A DNA stretch of 32,000 nt, from assembly GCA_900234795.1 (NCBI GenBank), contig LT962688.1:2760001-2792000 (forward strand), written 5' to 3'. The stretch is from Methylorubrum extorquens (GTDB lineage: Bacteria > Pseudomonadota > Alphaproteobacteria > Rhizobiales > Beijerinckiaceae). Positions 24,707 through 32,000 of this stretch are shown one piece after another. Numbering within the stretch: position 1 is the stretch's first letter; each line of letters starts with the position of its first letter. The translations under genes were made by a program, and so were the position numbers. Below the pieces are notes generated by a model, which had not been told where the DNA came from, made no database searches, and saw nothing but the letters and a program-made list of their open reading frames with translations.

Positions 24707-26542
24707 CTATCCACAGGGCGCCACGTCGCAGATTCGGACCTGGGCCCGCTCCGCCCCGCGCCAGCGGTCGCACGACAGGGTTCCCGCCACGTGGAAGCTC
24801 CGCCCGATCCCGCCGAGCAGGGCGACGCCCAACGGACCCTGCGCGGCACGGAAGGCGATCGCGCCGACCGCTTGCCCGTCACCGCTGACGAGGCGGGCGC
24901 GGACATGCCCGTTGCCGACGATGCCGGCATCGACGATGCGGTGGCGGGGCAAGGCCATCACCGGCTCGGGCGCCCCCTGTCCGAACGGTCCGGCCCGCTG
25001 GATCAGGCGCACCAGTTCGGCGGTCGCGCCTCCGGCACTCACGGTGCCGTCGATCAGCAACGCCTCGGCGGCACGGGCCCGGCCGACGGCCTCGACGAGA
25101 TCGTGGGTGAGGCTCTCCCCGAAGGCGGCGAGGCCTCCGGGCGGGAGGGTCACGCCCGCGGCCATGGCATGCCCGCCGCCCTTCACCGCGAGCCCCGCCT
25201 CGACCGCGCCGCGCACGGCACCGCCGAGATCCGCCCCGACGACCGAACGACCGGAGCCGACGGCACTGCCGTCGGGCTTGACCGCGAAGGCGAAGGCCGG
25301 CCGGCCAAACCGCTCCTTGAGCCGGGCGGCGATGAGGCCGACGATGCCGGGATGCCATTCGGGCGAGGCGGCGATCAGGACCGGACGGTCCGGATCGCGG
25401 GTCAGGTGGGCATCCATCTCGGCCTCGGCCTCGGCGACCGCCTGCGCCTCGATGGCCTGCCGCTCACGGTTGAGTCGATCGAGTTCGTCGGCGATGCGAC
25501 GGGCTTCCATCGGGTCGGCGGTGGCGAGCAGCCGCGCGCCGAGACCGGCATCGCCGATCCGCCCGCCGGCATTGATGCGCGGCCCGACGAGAAAGCCGAG
25601 ATGCCACGCTTCCGGCGGTTCGCTCAGCCCGGCTGCGTCGAGCAGCGCTGCCAATCCCGGACGCCCGCGCCCGCGCATCACCGCGAGTCCCTGGACGACG
25701 AAGGCCCGGTTGAGACCGGTGAGCGGCACCACGTCGGCGACGGTGGCTAGCGCCACGAGATCGAGGAAGTCGGTGAGGCGCGGCTCAGCGGATGTTGCGA
25801 AGACGCCGTCCCGCCGCAGCCGACGGGCGAGCGCGACGAGGGTCATGAAGACGACGCCCGCCGCGCAGAGATGGCCGAGGCCGGACAGGTCGTCGAGACG
25901 GTTCGGATTGACTAGGGCCCGCGTCTGCGGAAGCTCCTCCGGCGCACCGTGGTGGTCGAGCACGATCACGTCGAGGCCCAGCGCCGCGGCCGCGGCCAGC
26001 GGCTCGTGGCCGGCGGTGCCGCAATCGACGCAGACGAGCAGGCCCGCGCCCTCCTCGCGCAGCATCGTGACGGCGCCGACATTGGGGCCGTACCCTTCCG
26101 TGATGCGGTCGGGAATATGGATGCGCACCGGCACACCGAGCGCCCGGAGATAGTCGGCGAGCAGGGCCACGCTCGACGCGCCGTCGACGTCGTAATCGCC
26201 GAAGATCGCCACCGCTTCGCGGGCGCGCACGGCATGGGCCAGCCGCTCGACCGCCGCTTCCATATCCACGAGCACGGACGGGTCCGGCATCAGGTCGCGC
26301 AGGCGCGGGGCGAGGTAGGCGTCCGCCTCCGCCGGCCGCACGCCGCGCCCGACGAGGACGCGCGCGAGCAGATCCGGCAGGCCATAGGCCTGCGTCATCG
26401 TCACGGCGAGCGCTTGGAGGCCGGGATCGCCGCAGCGCTCGCGCCACGGCCGCCCGAGCGCCGAGGCGGTGACGTCGAGGAACGGACGCGGGAGGTCCGA
26501 GGACGGATCGATGAGCATGGCGGCGGTCACGCGGGCGACCAT
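24707..26542 (-). CDS. recJ: Single-stranded-DNA-specific exonuclease RecJ
   Basis: 611-aa ORF with DHH-family motifs (AIFGDYDVDGASS, DCGT, VLDHH) and a DHHA1 region (GGGHAMAAG). Confidence 0.93.
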   Translation of the reverse strand: MVARVTAAMLIDPSSDLPRPFLDVTASALGRPWRERCGDPGLQALAVTMTQAYGLPDLLARVLVGRGVRPAEADAYLAPRLRDLMPDPSVLVDMEAAVERLAHAVRAREAVAIFGDYDVDGASSVALLADYLRALGVPVRIHIPDRITEGYGPNVGAVTMLREEGAGLLVCVDCGTAGHEPLAAAAALGLDVIVLDHHGAPEELPQTRALVNPNRLDDLSGLGHLCAAGVVFMTLVALARRLRRDGVFATSAEPRLTDFLDLVALATVADVVPLTGLNRAFVVQGLAVMRGRGRPGLAALLDAAGLSEPPEAWHLGFLVGPRINAGGRIGDAGLGARLLATADPMEARRIADELDRLNRERQAIEAQAVAEAEAEMDAHLTRDPDRPVLIAASPEWHPGIVGLIAARLKERFGRPAFAFAVKPDGSAVGSGRSVVGADLGGAVRGAVEAGLAVKGGGHAMAAGVTLPPGGLAAFGESLTHDLVEAVGRARAAEALLIDGTVSAGGATAELVRLIQRAGPFGQGAPEPVMALPRHRIVDAGIVGNGHVRARLVSGDGQAVGAIAFRAAQGPLGVALLGGIGRSFHVAGTLSCDRWRGAERAQVRICDVAPCG

Positions 26543-26570
26543 AGTCGTTTCCGCGGCCGAAGACTGCGCC

Positions 26571-26612
26571 CCGCAAACGACAGCGGGGCGGACGATTGCT
26601 CGCCCGCCCCGC
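26571..26612 (-). terminator. Terminator after pntB
   Basis: On the minus strand, GCGGGGCGG-(12 nt loop)-CCGCCCCGC forms a 9-bp GC stem and is followed by TGTCGTTTG. Confidence 0.5.
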
Positions 26613-26636
26613 CGCGCTGCTCGTCGTTTGGACCGG

Positions 26637-28037
26637 TCAGAGGTTCTTGACGATCGAGTCCACGACCTTCTTGGCGTCTCCGAACAGCATCATCGTGTTG
26701 TCGCGGAAGAACACCTCGTTCTCGACGCCGGCATAGCCCGAACCCATGCCGCGCTTGATGAAGAGGACGGTCTTGGCCTTCTCCACGTCGAGGATCGGCA
26801 TGCCGTAGATCGGCGAGGCCTTGTCGGTCTTGGCAGCCGGGTTGGTGACGTCGTTGGCGCCGATCACGAAGGCCACGTCGGCCTGCGGGAACTCGCCGTT
26901 GATGTCTTCCAGCTCGAACACCTCGTCGTAGGGCACGTTGGCTTCGGCCAGGAGCACGTTCATGTGCCCCGGCATGCGGCCCGCCACCGGGTGGATGGCG
27001 TACTTCACCTCCACGCCTTCCTTCTTCAGCAGGTCCACCATCTCGCGAAGGCTGTGCTGAGCCTGGGCGACCGCCATGCCGTAGCCCGGCACGATGATGA
27101 CGCGCTCGGCGTTCTTCATGATGTAGGCCGCGTCGTCGGCCGAGCCCTGCTTGACGGGGCGCGTCTCGACCTGGCCGCCACCGGCCGCCGCAGCGGAATC
27201 ACCGCCGAAGCCGCCGAGGATGACCGAGATGAACGACCGGTTCATCGCCTTGCACATGATGTAGGACAGGATCGCACCCGAGGAGCCGACCAGCGAACCC
27301 GTGATGATGAGCGCGAGGTTGCCCAGGGTGAAGCCGATGCCGGCCGCCGCCCAACCCGAGTAGGAGTTCAGCATCGAGACGACGACGGGCATGTCCGCGC
27401 CGCCGATCGGGATGATAAGCAGCCCGCCGAGGGTGAACGACAGGAGCACGATCAGCCAGAAGACCAGCTTGCTCTCGTTGCCGATGAACACGGCGATCAG
27501 CACCACCAGGGCGATACCCAGCGCGATGTTGATGGCGTGCCGCTGCGGCAGCATGATCGGCTTGCCGGACATGCGCCCGTCGAGCTTGGCGAAGGCGATG
27601 ACCGAACCGGTGAAAGTGATCGCGCCGATCGCCGCGCCCAGCGCCATCTCGAACAGCGACTCCTTGTGGATGTGGCCGTTCTCGAGGATGCCGACTGCCT
27701 GGGGGGCGTAGAGCGTCGCTGCCGCACCCGCCACGGCGGCGAGGCCGACGAGCGAGTGGAAGGCCGCGACGAGCTGCGGCATTGCCGTCATCGGCACCCG
27801 CTTGGCGATCACGGCGCCGGCGCCGCCACCGATCCCGAGGCCGAGCAGCACCAGGATCCAGGCGCCGAGTCCGGCCGGCGGATGGCCGACCAGGGTCGTG
27901 AGCACGGCGAGCGCCATGCCGATCATGCCGTACAGGTTACCCTGTCGCGACGTGGTGGGGTGCGAGAGCCCCCGCAGCGCCATGATGAACAGGACGCCGG
28001 CGACGATGTAGAGAAGGGATGAGACGTTTTCCGACAT
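26637..28037 (-). CDS. pntB: NAD(P) transhydrogenase subunit beta
   Basis: 466-aa ORF with a multi-TM N-terminal half and a C-terminal NADP(H)-binding domain (VIIVPGYGMAVAQAQH...HPVAGRMPGHMNVLLAEA...ANDVTNPAA). Confidence 0.95.
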   Translation of the reverse strand: MSENVSSLLYIVAGVLFIMALRGLSHPTTSRQGNLYGMIGMALAVLTTLVGHPPAGLGAWILVLLGLGIGGGAGAVIAKRVPMTAMPQLVAAFHSLVGLAAVAGAAATLYAPQAVGILENGHIHKESLFEMALGAAIGAITFTGSVIAFAKLDGRMSGKPIMLPQRHAINIALGIALVVLIAVFIGNESKLVFWLIVLLSFTLGGLLIIPIGGADMPVVVSMLNSYSGWAAAGIGFTLGNLALIITGSLVGSSGAILSYIMCKAMNRSFISVILGGFGGDSAAAAGGGQVETRPVKQGSADDAAYIMKNAERVIIVPGYGMAVAQAQHSLREMVDLLKKEGVEVKYAIHPVAGRMPGHMNVLLAEANVPYDEVFELEDINGEFPQADVAFVIGANDVTNPAAKTDKASPIYGMPILDVEKAKTVLFIKRGMGSGYAGVENEVFFRDNTMMLFGDAKKVVDSIVKNL

Positions 28038-28041
28038 CGCC

Positions 28042-28494
28042 TCAGGCCTTCTTCTTGTACATGCCGAGCATGCGCTGGGTCACGAGGAAGCCGCCGAAGA
28101 TGTTCACGGAGGCGAGGACGATACCGATGAAGCCGAAGAAGCGGGCCCAGCCGGTGCCCTTCTCGATGAGCGGCACGCCGGCCGCCAGAAGCGCGCCGAC
28201 GATGATGACCGACGAGATCGCGTTGGTCACCGACATCAGCGGCGTATGCAGGGCCGGGGTCACCGACCAGACGACGTAGTAGCCGACGAAGATCGCGAGC
28301 ACGAAGATCGCGAGCTGGAACACCGTGGGATCGACGGCGCCATGGGTGGCAGCGGCGATGCCGTGCCCAAGCGAGTCGGCGATCGACTGCGCCTGGGCGG
28401 CGTTCTGATGGGCGATGTCAGCCGCGGCGCGCGCGGCCGAGGCAGCGGCCTGGGCCTGCTCTGCAGGTGAGACGGGCGGAAGGGGGGTTGCCAT
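28042..28494 (-). CDS. pntAB: NAD(P) transhydrogenase subunit alpha part 2 (membrane part)
   Basis: 150-aa ORF whose C-terminal about 100 aa form hydrophobic helices ([18 protein letters not shown]...[11 protein letters not shown]...). It sits between pntAA and pntB, as in the split alphaproteobacterial enzyme. Confidence 0.9.
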   Translation of the reverse strand: MATPLPPVSPAEQAQAAASAARAAADIAHQNAAQAQSIADSLGHGIAAATHGAVDPTVFQLAIFVLAIFVGYYVVWSVTPALHTPLMSVTNAISSVIIVGALLAAGVPLIEKGTGWARFFGFIGIVLASVNIFGGFLVTQRMLGMYKKKA

Positions 28495-28515
28495 GGTGAG
28501 ATCCTCCGCGACCGA

Positions 28516-29655
28516 TCAGGCTTTGGGCTGAAAGTTGGGGTGGACCACCTGACCGTCGCGGGTCAGATTGGTGGCCTTGACGAGTTCGTCGTCCCACTGC
28601 ACCGCCAGCACCTTCGACTCCTTGTCGATCAGGGTCTCGACGAAGGCGTAGAGGTTGCGGGCATAGAGGCTCGACGCCGTGGCCGCGAGGCGGCCCGGCA
28701 CGTTGACGTGGCCGACGATCTTCACGCCGTTGCCGACGGTGACGATCTCACCCGCCTTGGCACCGGCGACGTTGCCGCCGCGCTCGACCGCGAGGTCGAC
28801 GAGCACCGAACCGGGCTTCATCGAAGCGACCATCTCCTCGGAGACGAGCTTCGGCGCGGGCCGGCCGGGGATCAGCGCCGTGGTGATGACGATGTCCTGC
28901 TTGGCGATGTGGCCCTTGACCAGCTCCGCCTGCTTCTTCTGGTACTCGGCCGACATCTCCTTGGCGTAGCCGCCGGAGGTCTCGGCCTGCTTGAACTCGT
29001 CGTCCTCGACGGCGACGAACTTGGCGCCGAGCGATTCGACCTGTTCCTTGGTGGCGGGCCGCACGTCGGTGGCGGTCACCACGGCACCCATGCGGCGGGC
29101 GGTGGCGATGGCCTGGAGGCCGGCGACGCCGACGCCCATGATGAAGATGCGCGCGGCCGGAACGGTGCCGGCGGCGGTCATCATCATCGGCAGGGAGCGA
29201 CCGTACTCGGCGGCGCCATCGACCACGGCGCGGTAGCCGGCGAGGTTCGCCTGGGAGGAGAGGACGTCCATCACCTGCGCGCGGGTGATGCGGGGCATCA
29301 GCTCCATGGCGAAGGTGTTGACGCCCGCCTCGGCGGCGGCCTTCAACTCGTCCTCGTGTCCGTAGGGGTCCATGATCGCGATGACCGTGGCGCCCTTCTG
29401 GATCTTGCCCAGTTCCTCGGCGTTGGGACGGCGGACCTTCAGGACCAGGTCGGCGCCGGAGAGAGCCTCCTCGGCGCTCCCGGCGATCTTGGCGCCGGCG
29501 GCTTCGTACTCGCCATCGGGAACGCCGGCCTTGGCGCCAGCCCCCGATTGCACGACGACATCGGACCCCAGACTTATGAACTTCTTGACCGTTTCTGGGA
29601 CGGCCGCGACCCGTGGTTCTATCGGGTCCGTCTCCGTCAAGACGGCAATACGCAT
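28516..29655 (-). CDS. pntAA: NAD(P) transhydrogenase subunit alpha part 1 (soluble NAD(H)-binding dI)
   Basis: 379-aa ORF MRIAVLTETDPIEPRVAAVPETVKK... with the Rossmann motif IMGVGVAGLQAIATARRMGA. It has an alanine-dehydrogenase/PNT-type fold. Confidence 0.95.
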   Translation of the reverse strand: MRIAVLTETDPIEPRVAAVPETVKKFISLGSDVVVQSGAGAKAGVPDGEYEAAGAKIAGSAEEALSGADLVLKVRRPNAEELGKIQKGATVIAIMDPYGHEDELKAAAEAGVNTFAMELMPRITRAQVMDVLSSQANLAGYRAVVDGAAEYGRSLPMMMTAAGTVPAARIFIMGVGVAGLQAIATARRMGAVVTATDVRPATKEQVESLGAKFVAVEDDEFKQAETSGGYAKEMSAEYQKKQAELVKGHIAKQDIVITTALIPGRPAPKLVSEEMVASMKPGSVLVDLAVERGGNVAGAKAGEIVTVGNGVKIVGHVNVPGRLAATASSLYARNLYAFVETLIDKESKVLAVQWDDELVKATNLTRDGQVVHPNFQPKA

Positions 29656-29724
29656 CAGTTGCTCCCGTTCTTACAGCCGCCTTTCGGCGTGCCGGTATCC
29701 GAGCTTGCTGGGAAGTTCAGATCT

Positions 29725-29752
29725 GGAAAGGGCCGACGCGAGGGGTCGGCCC
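29725..29752 (-). terminator. Hairpin plus short T-run between the small membrane protein gene and pntAA (terminator or attenuator)
   Basis: On the minus strand, GGGCCGAC-(7 nt loop)-GTCGGCCC is followed by TTTCC. Confidence 0.35.
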
Positions 29753-29766
29753 GGAAGTCTCGATCC

Positions 29767-30060
29767 TCAGCTGAGGAAGAGAATCGCGAGGAGTGCGGCG
29801 AAAACGAAGGCTTGGGCCTTCCAGCCGATGGCGGGGACGAAGGCACCGACGGCCGCGGCCACCCAGGAGACCAGCACGCCGATGATCGCGGTCACCCACG
29901 CCTCGTGCACGCCGCCGATGGCGAGAGCCGTCACCCAGCACAACACCGTGACGGTACCGATTTCGACGAAGCGGACGAAGCCCCGATAGGTCTGCTCGTG
30001 GGTCTTCTCGTCCATCGCCGGGCTGTAGTGCAGGCCGGTGAGGGTCTTCGTGTCCGCCAT
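29767..30060 (-). CDS. aa3-type cytochrome c oxidase subunit IV-like small membrane protein
   Basis: From the ATG at 30060 the sequence is MADTKTLTGLHYSPAMDEKTHEQTYRGFVRFVEIGTVTVLCWVTALAIGGV.... The EHxxTYxGFxxxxKxG-type N-terminus plus hydrophobic helices is typical of this family. Confidence 0.75.
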   Translation of the reverse strand: MADTKTLTGLHYSPAMDEKTHEQTYRGFVRFVEIGTVTVLCWVTALAIGGVHEAWVTAIIGVLVSWVAAAVGAFVPAIGWKAQAFVFAALLAILFLS

Positions 30061-30172
30061 TGCGCGCCCGTTCCCTGGTATCGTTTTGCTTGTCACGCGC
30101 GGATTTAGCGCAACGCTTATCCGCGAGCAATCAGCTTGACGCTCAGGTACACATGTCGTGAGCCGGCTTTTG

Positions 30173-31543
30173 TCACGCCGGATCGGGCAATCCGACCGCG
30201 GCCAGCGCCGCCCCCTGCCGCTCGGAAAGCGTGTCGAGCGAGAAGCACTCGATCTCGGCTTCGAACAGTTGGTGGTAATTCAGTTCGGAGCGCAGGTGCA
30301 GGAACACCGCGCCGAGCCCGACCGCGGCCCGATCCATGAACACGAATTCCTGCGGAACCGTGACCGGTCCCTTCTCCTTCAGCGCCTGATGCACGGAAAA
30401 CGCCTCGCGCCGTCCGTAGGCACCCGGATCGATCCCATCGGCGACGGTGCGGGTGCGATCCTCCAAGAGCGGGCCGTAGATGAACCGGGCCCAGATGTTG
30501 AGGATGTCGATGGTTTCGTTGTCGAGCTTCTTGAAGCCCCAGACTTCGTAGGCGTGGACAACCCGCGCGCGATCGTCTTCCAGCAGGCCGCGGTAGAGAT
30601 CGACCACACCGCCGACGAAGCGGGGATGGAAGATGCGCACGCAGCCATAATCGAGCAGGTTGATGCCCTGCGCTTCGCCGCCCTCGGAGAAGACGGTGTA
30701 ATTGCCGAGATGCGGATCGCCGTGGATCACCGCGGCGCGGCTGAACGGATGCCACCAGGCCCGGAACATCGCTTGCGCGAGTCGGTTGCGGATCTCGATC
30801 GGGCTCTGGGTGAAGTTCAGGATCTTCTCGCCGTCGAGCCAGCCCAGGGTGAGGAGACGCTTCGTCGACAGATCGGAATGCACCGCAGGCACCCGCACGG
30901 AATCGATGTCCTTGAGCACGTCGCCATAAAGGGCCGCGTGCTTGGCCTCGCGGCCGTAATCGAGTTCCTCGCGCACCCGCGCGCCGATTTCCTTGGCGAT
31001 CTCGGAGGTGTCGAGCCAGGAATTCATGCGCCGGTGGAGCGCGAAGGCGACCTGAAGCTGCTTGAGGTCAGCTTCGACTGCCGATTGCATGTCAGGATAC
31101 TGGAGCTTGCATGCGAGCGGCGCGCCGTCGCGTGACTGAGCGCGGTGGACCTGCCCGAGCGAGGCGGCGGCGGCCGGCTTGAGATCGAAGCTGCCGAAGC
31201 GGCTCTGCCAGTCGGCGCCGAGTTCGGCCATCATCCGGCGCTTGACGAAGGCCGCGCCCATCGGAGGCGCGTCGGCCTGAAGCTTCTGCAATTCGGCCGC
31301 GTATTCCGGAGGCAGCAGGTCCGGCACGGTGGCGAGCAACTGCGCCACCTTCATGATCGGCCCCTTGAGGCCGCCGAGCGCCTGGGCCAGAGCCGCCGCG
31401 TTGTTCAGGCTCGCGCCGTCCTTGCCGCCGAACAAGCGCGCCGCCGCCATCCGCGCGGCCACCCCTCCGACATTGGCGCCGACGCTGGCATAGCGGCTCG
31501 CGCGGGCGGTGAAGCGGTTGGCTTCGCGGTCGGTCTCGGCCAT
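30173..31543 (-). CDS. ABC1/UbiB (AarF) family atypical protein kinase
   Basis: 456-aa ORF with GPIMKVAQLLATVPDLLPPEYAAELQKLQ, ASLGQVHRA, HGDPHLGN and LLDYG, which are the ABC1/UbiB kinase-like motifs. Confidence 0.88.
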   Translation of the reverse strand: MAETDREANRFTARASRYASVGANVGGVAARMAAARLFGGKDGASLNNAAALAQALGGLKGPIMKVAQLLATVPDLLPPEYAAELQKLQADAPPMGAAFVKRRMMAELGADWQSRFGSFDLKPAAAASLGQVHRAQSRDGAPLACKLQYPDMQSAVEADLKQLQVAFALHRRMNSWLDTSEIAKEIGARVREELDYGREAKHAALYGDVLKDIDSVRVPAVHSDLSTKRLLTLGWLDGEKILNFTQSPIEIRNRLAQAMFRAWWHPFSRAAVIHGDPHLGNYTVFSEGGEAQGINLLDYGCVRIFHPRFVGGVVDLYRGLLEDDRARVVHAYEVWGFKKLDNETIDILNIWARFIYGPLLEDRTRTVADGIDPGAYGRREAFSVHQALKEKGPVTVPQEFVFMDRAAVGLGAVFLHLRSELNYHQLFEAEIECFSLDTLSERQGAALAAVGLPDPA

Positions 31544-31635
31544 GGATTCGGATCGATTCCTATCGGGATTCGACCGGAGATAGGCGCTGCCCGGTCCCGC
31601 GCCCAGGGCGCTGGGACGGCGCGCCGCGGGTGACG

Positions 31636-32000
31636 TCAGGTCTTCGGCCAGTTGTCACGGATCCAGCGGGTGAAGCCAGATTCGTCAATTTCGCCCGCGG
31701 CGAGACCCCGGATCATCAGCACCACCTCCGCTTCGGCAACGAAGAAGTCAATTTCGTTCAGGCCGAGGAAGGTCACGAACGCCAGCAGCGCCGCGCGCTT
31801 GTTGCCGTCGACGAAGGGATGGTTCTTGGCGATGCCGAAGGCGTAGGCTGCGGCGAGTTCGGCTAGATCTGGCTCGCCATAGCCAGCGCGGTTGATGGGT
31901 CGGCCGAGGGCCGATTCGAGTGCACCCTCGTCGCGCAGGCCCGGCGGCCCGCCGAAAAGCTTGAGCTGCTGTGCATGGATGGCCTGGACGAGATCGCTCG
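31636..32000 (-). CDS. Doc (death-on-curing) family toxin of a type II toxin-antitoxin system; the 5' end lies outside the window
   Basis: This frame is absent from the ORF track because it runs off the window. My translation is ...SDLVQAIHAQQLKLFGGPPGLRDEGALESALGRPINRAGYGEPDLAELAAAYAFGIAKNHPFVDGNKRAALLAFVTFLGLNEIDFFVAEAEVVLMIRGLAAGEIDESGFTRWIRDNWPKT*. It carries the Fic/Doc motif HPFVDGNKR. Confidence 0.85.
   Translation of the reverse strand, partial: SDLVQAIHAQQLKLFGGPPGLRDEGALESALGRPINRAGYGEPDLAELAAAYAFGIAKNHPFVDGNKRAALLAFVTFLGLNEIDFFVAEAEVVLMIRGLAAGEIDESGFTRWIRDNWPKT

Noticed and set aside
1-32000. CRISPR arrays, IS elements/transposases, prophage genes, rRNA or other large ncRNA genes.
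   Set aside because: No regularly spaced repeats, transposase- or integrase-like translations, or long non-coding stretches were seen on either strand. All gaps larger than 150 nt are accounted for as promoter regions or the cynS-associated islet.

Overview
This is a very GC-rich (roughly 70%) bacterial chromosomal segment. The gene content looks alphaproteobacterial, Rhizobiales or Methylobacterium-like; this is inferred from HWE-type kinases, a three-gene pntAA/pntAB/pntB, a tRNA-His without G-1, and TamAB. Most of it is ordinary core genome. In order it holds: a ClC chloride channel (runs off the left edge), tRNA-His, a small conserved ORF, a spermidine-synthase-like methyltransferase, a YciE-like ferritin-fold protein plus Mn-catalase stress pair, a large 4HB-HAMP-PAS-GGDEF-EAL protein, a cupredoxin plus di-haem cytochrome c peroxidase pair, an OprB-type porin, a PAS-containing sigma-54 enhancer-binding protein divergent from cyanase (cynS), tamA-tamB plus a downstream exported protein, a sensor-less HWE histidine kinase behind a Crp/Fnr-type regulator, tRNA-Tyr, recJ, pntAA-pntAB-pntB, an aa3-oxidase-subunit-IV-like small membrane protein, an ABC1/UbiB-type kinase, and a Doc-family toxin (runs off the right edge). 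Many long ORFs in the supplied track are antisense or off-frame artefacts of the high GC content and are rejected. The only clearly accessory-looking stretch is about 13.95-15.5 kb. There, downstream of cynS, sits a lower-GC islet with two small signal-peptide ORFs of unknown family. It is followed by a second, N-terminally truncated cynS copy (about 92% identical by my hand alignment) together with a copy of its terminator. The cynS gene itself has a textbook sigma-54 promoter (TGGCAC-N5-TTGC) and palindromic candidate enhancer sites next to the divergent activator gene. I found no CRISPR array, IS element, integrase or recognisable defence system. The novelty claims below are modest and mostly need database searches that I cannot run.
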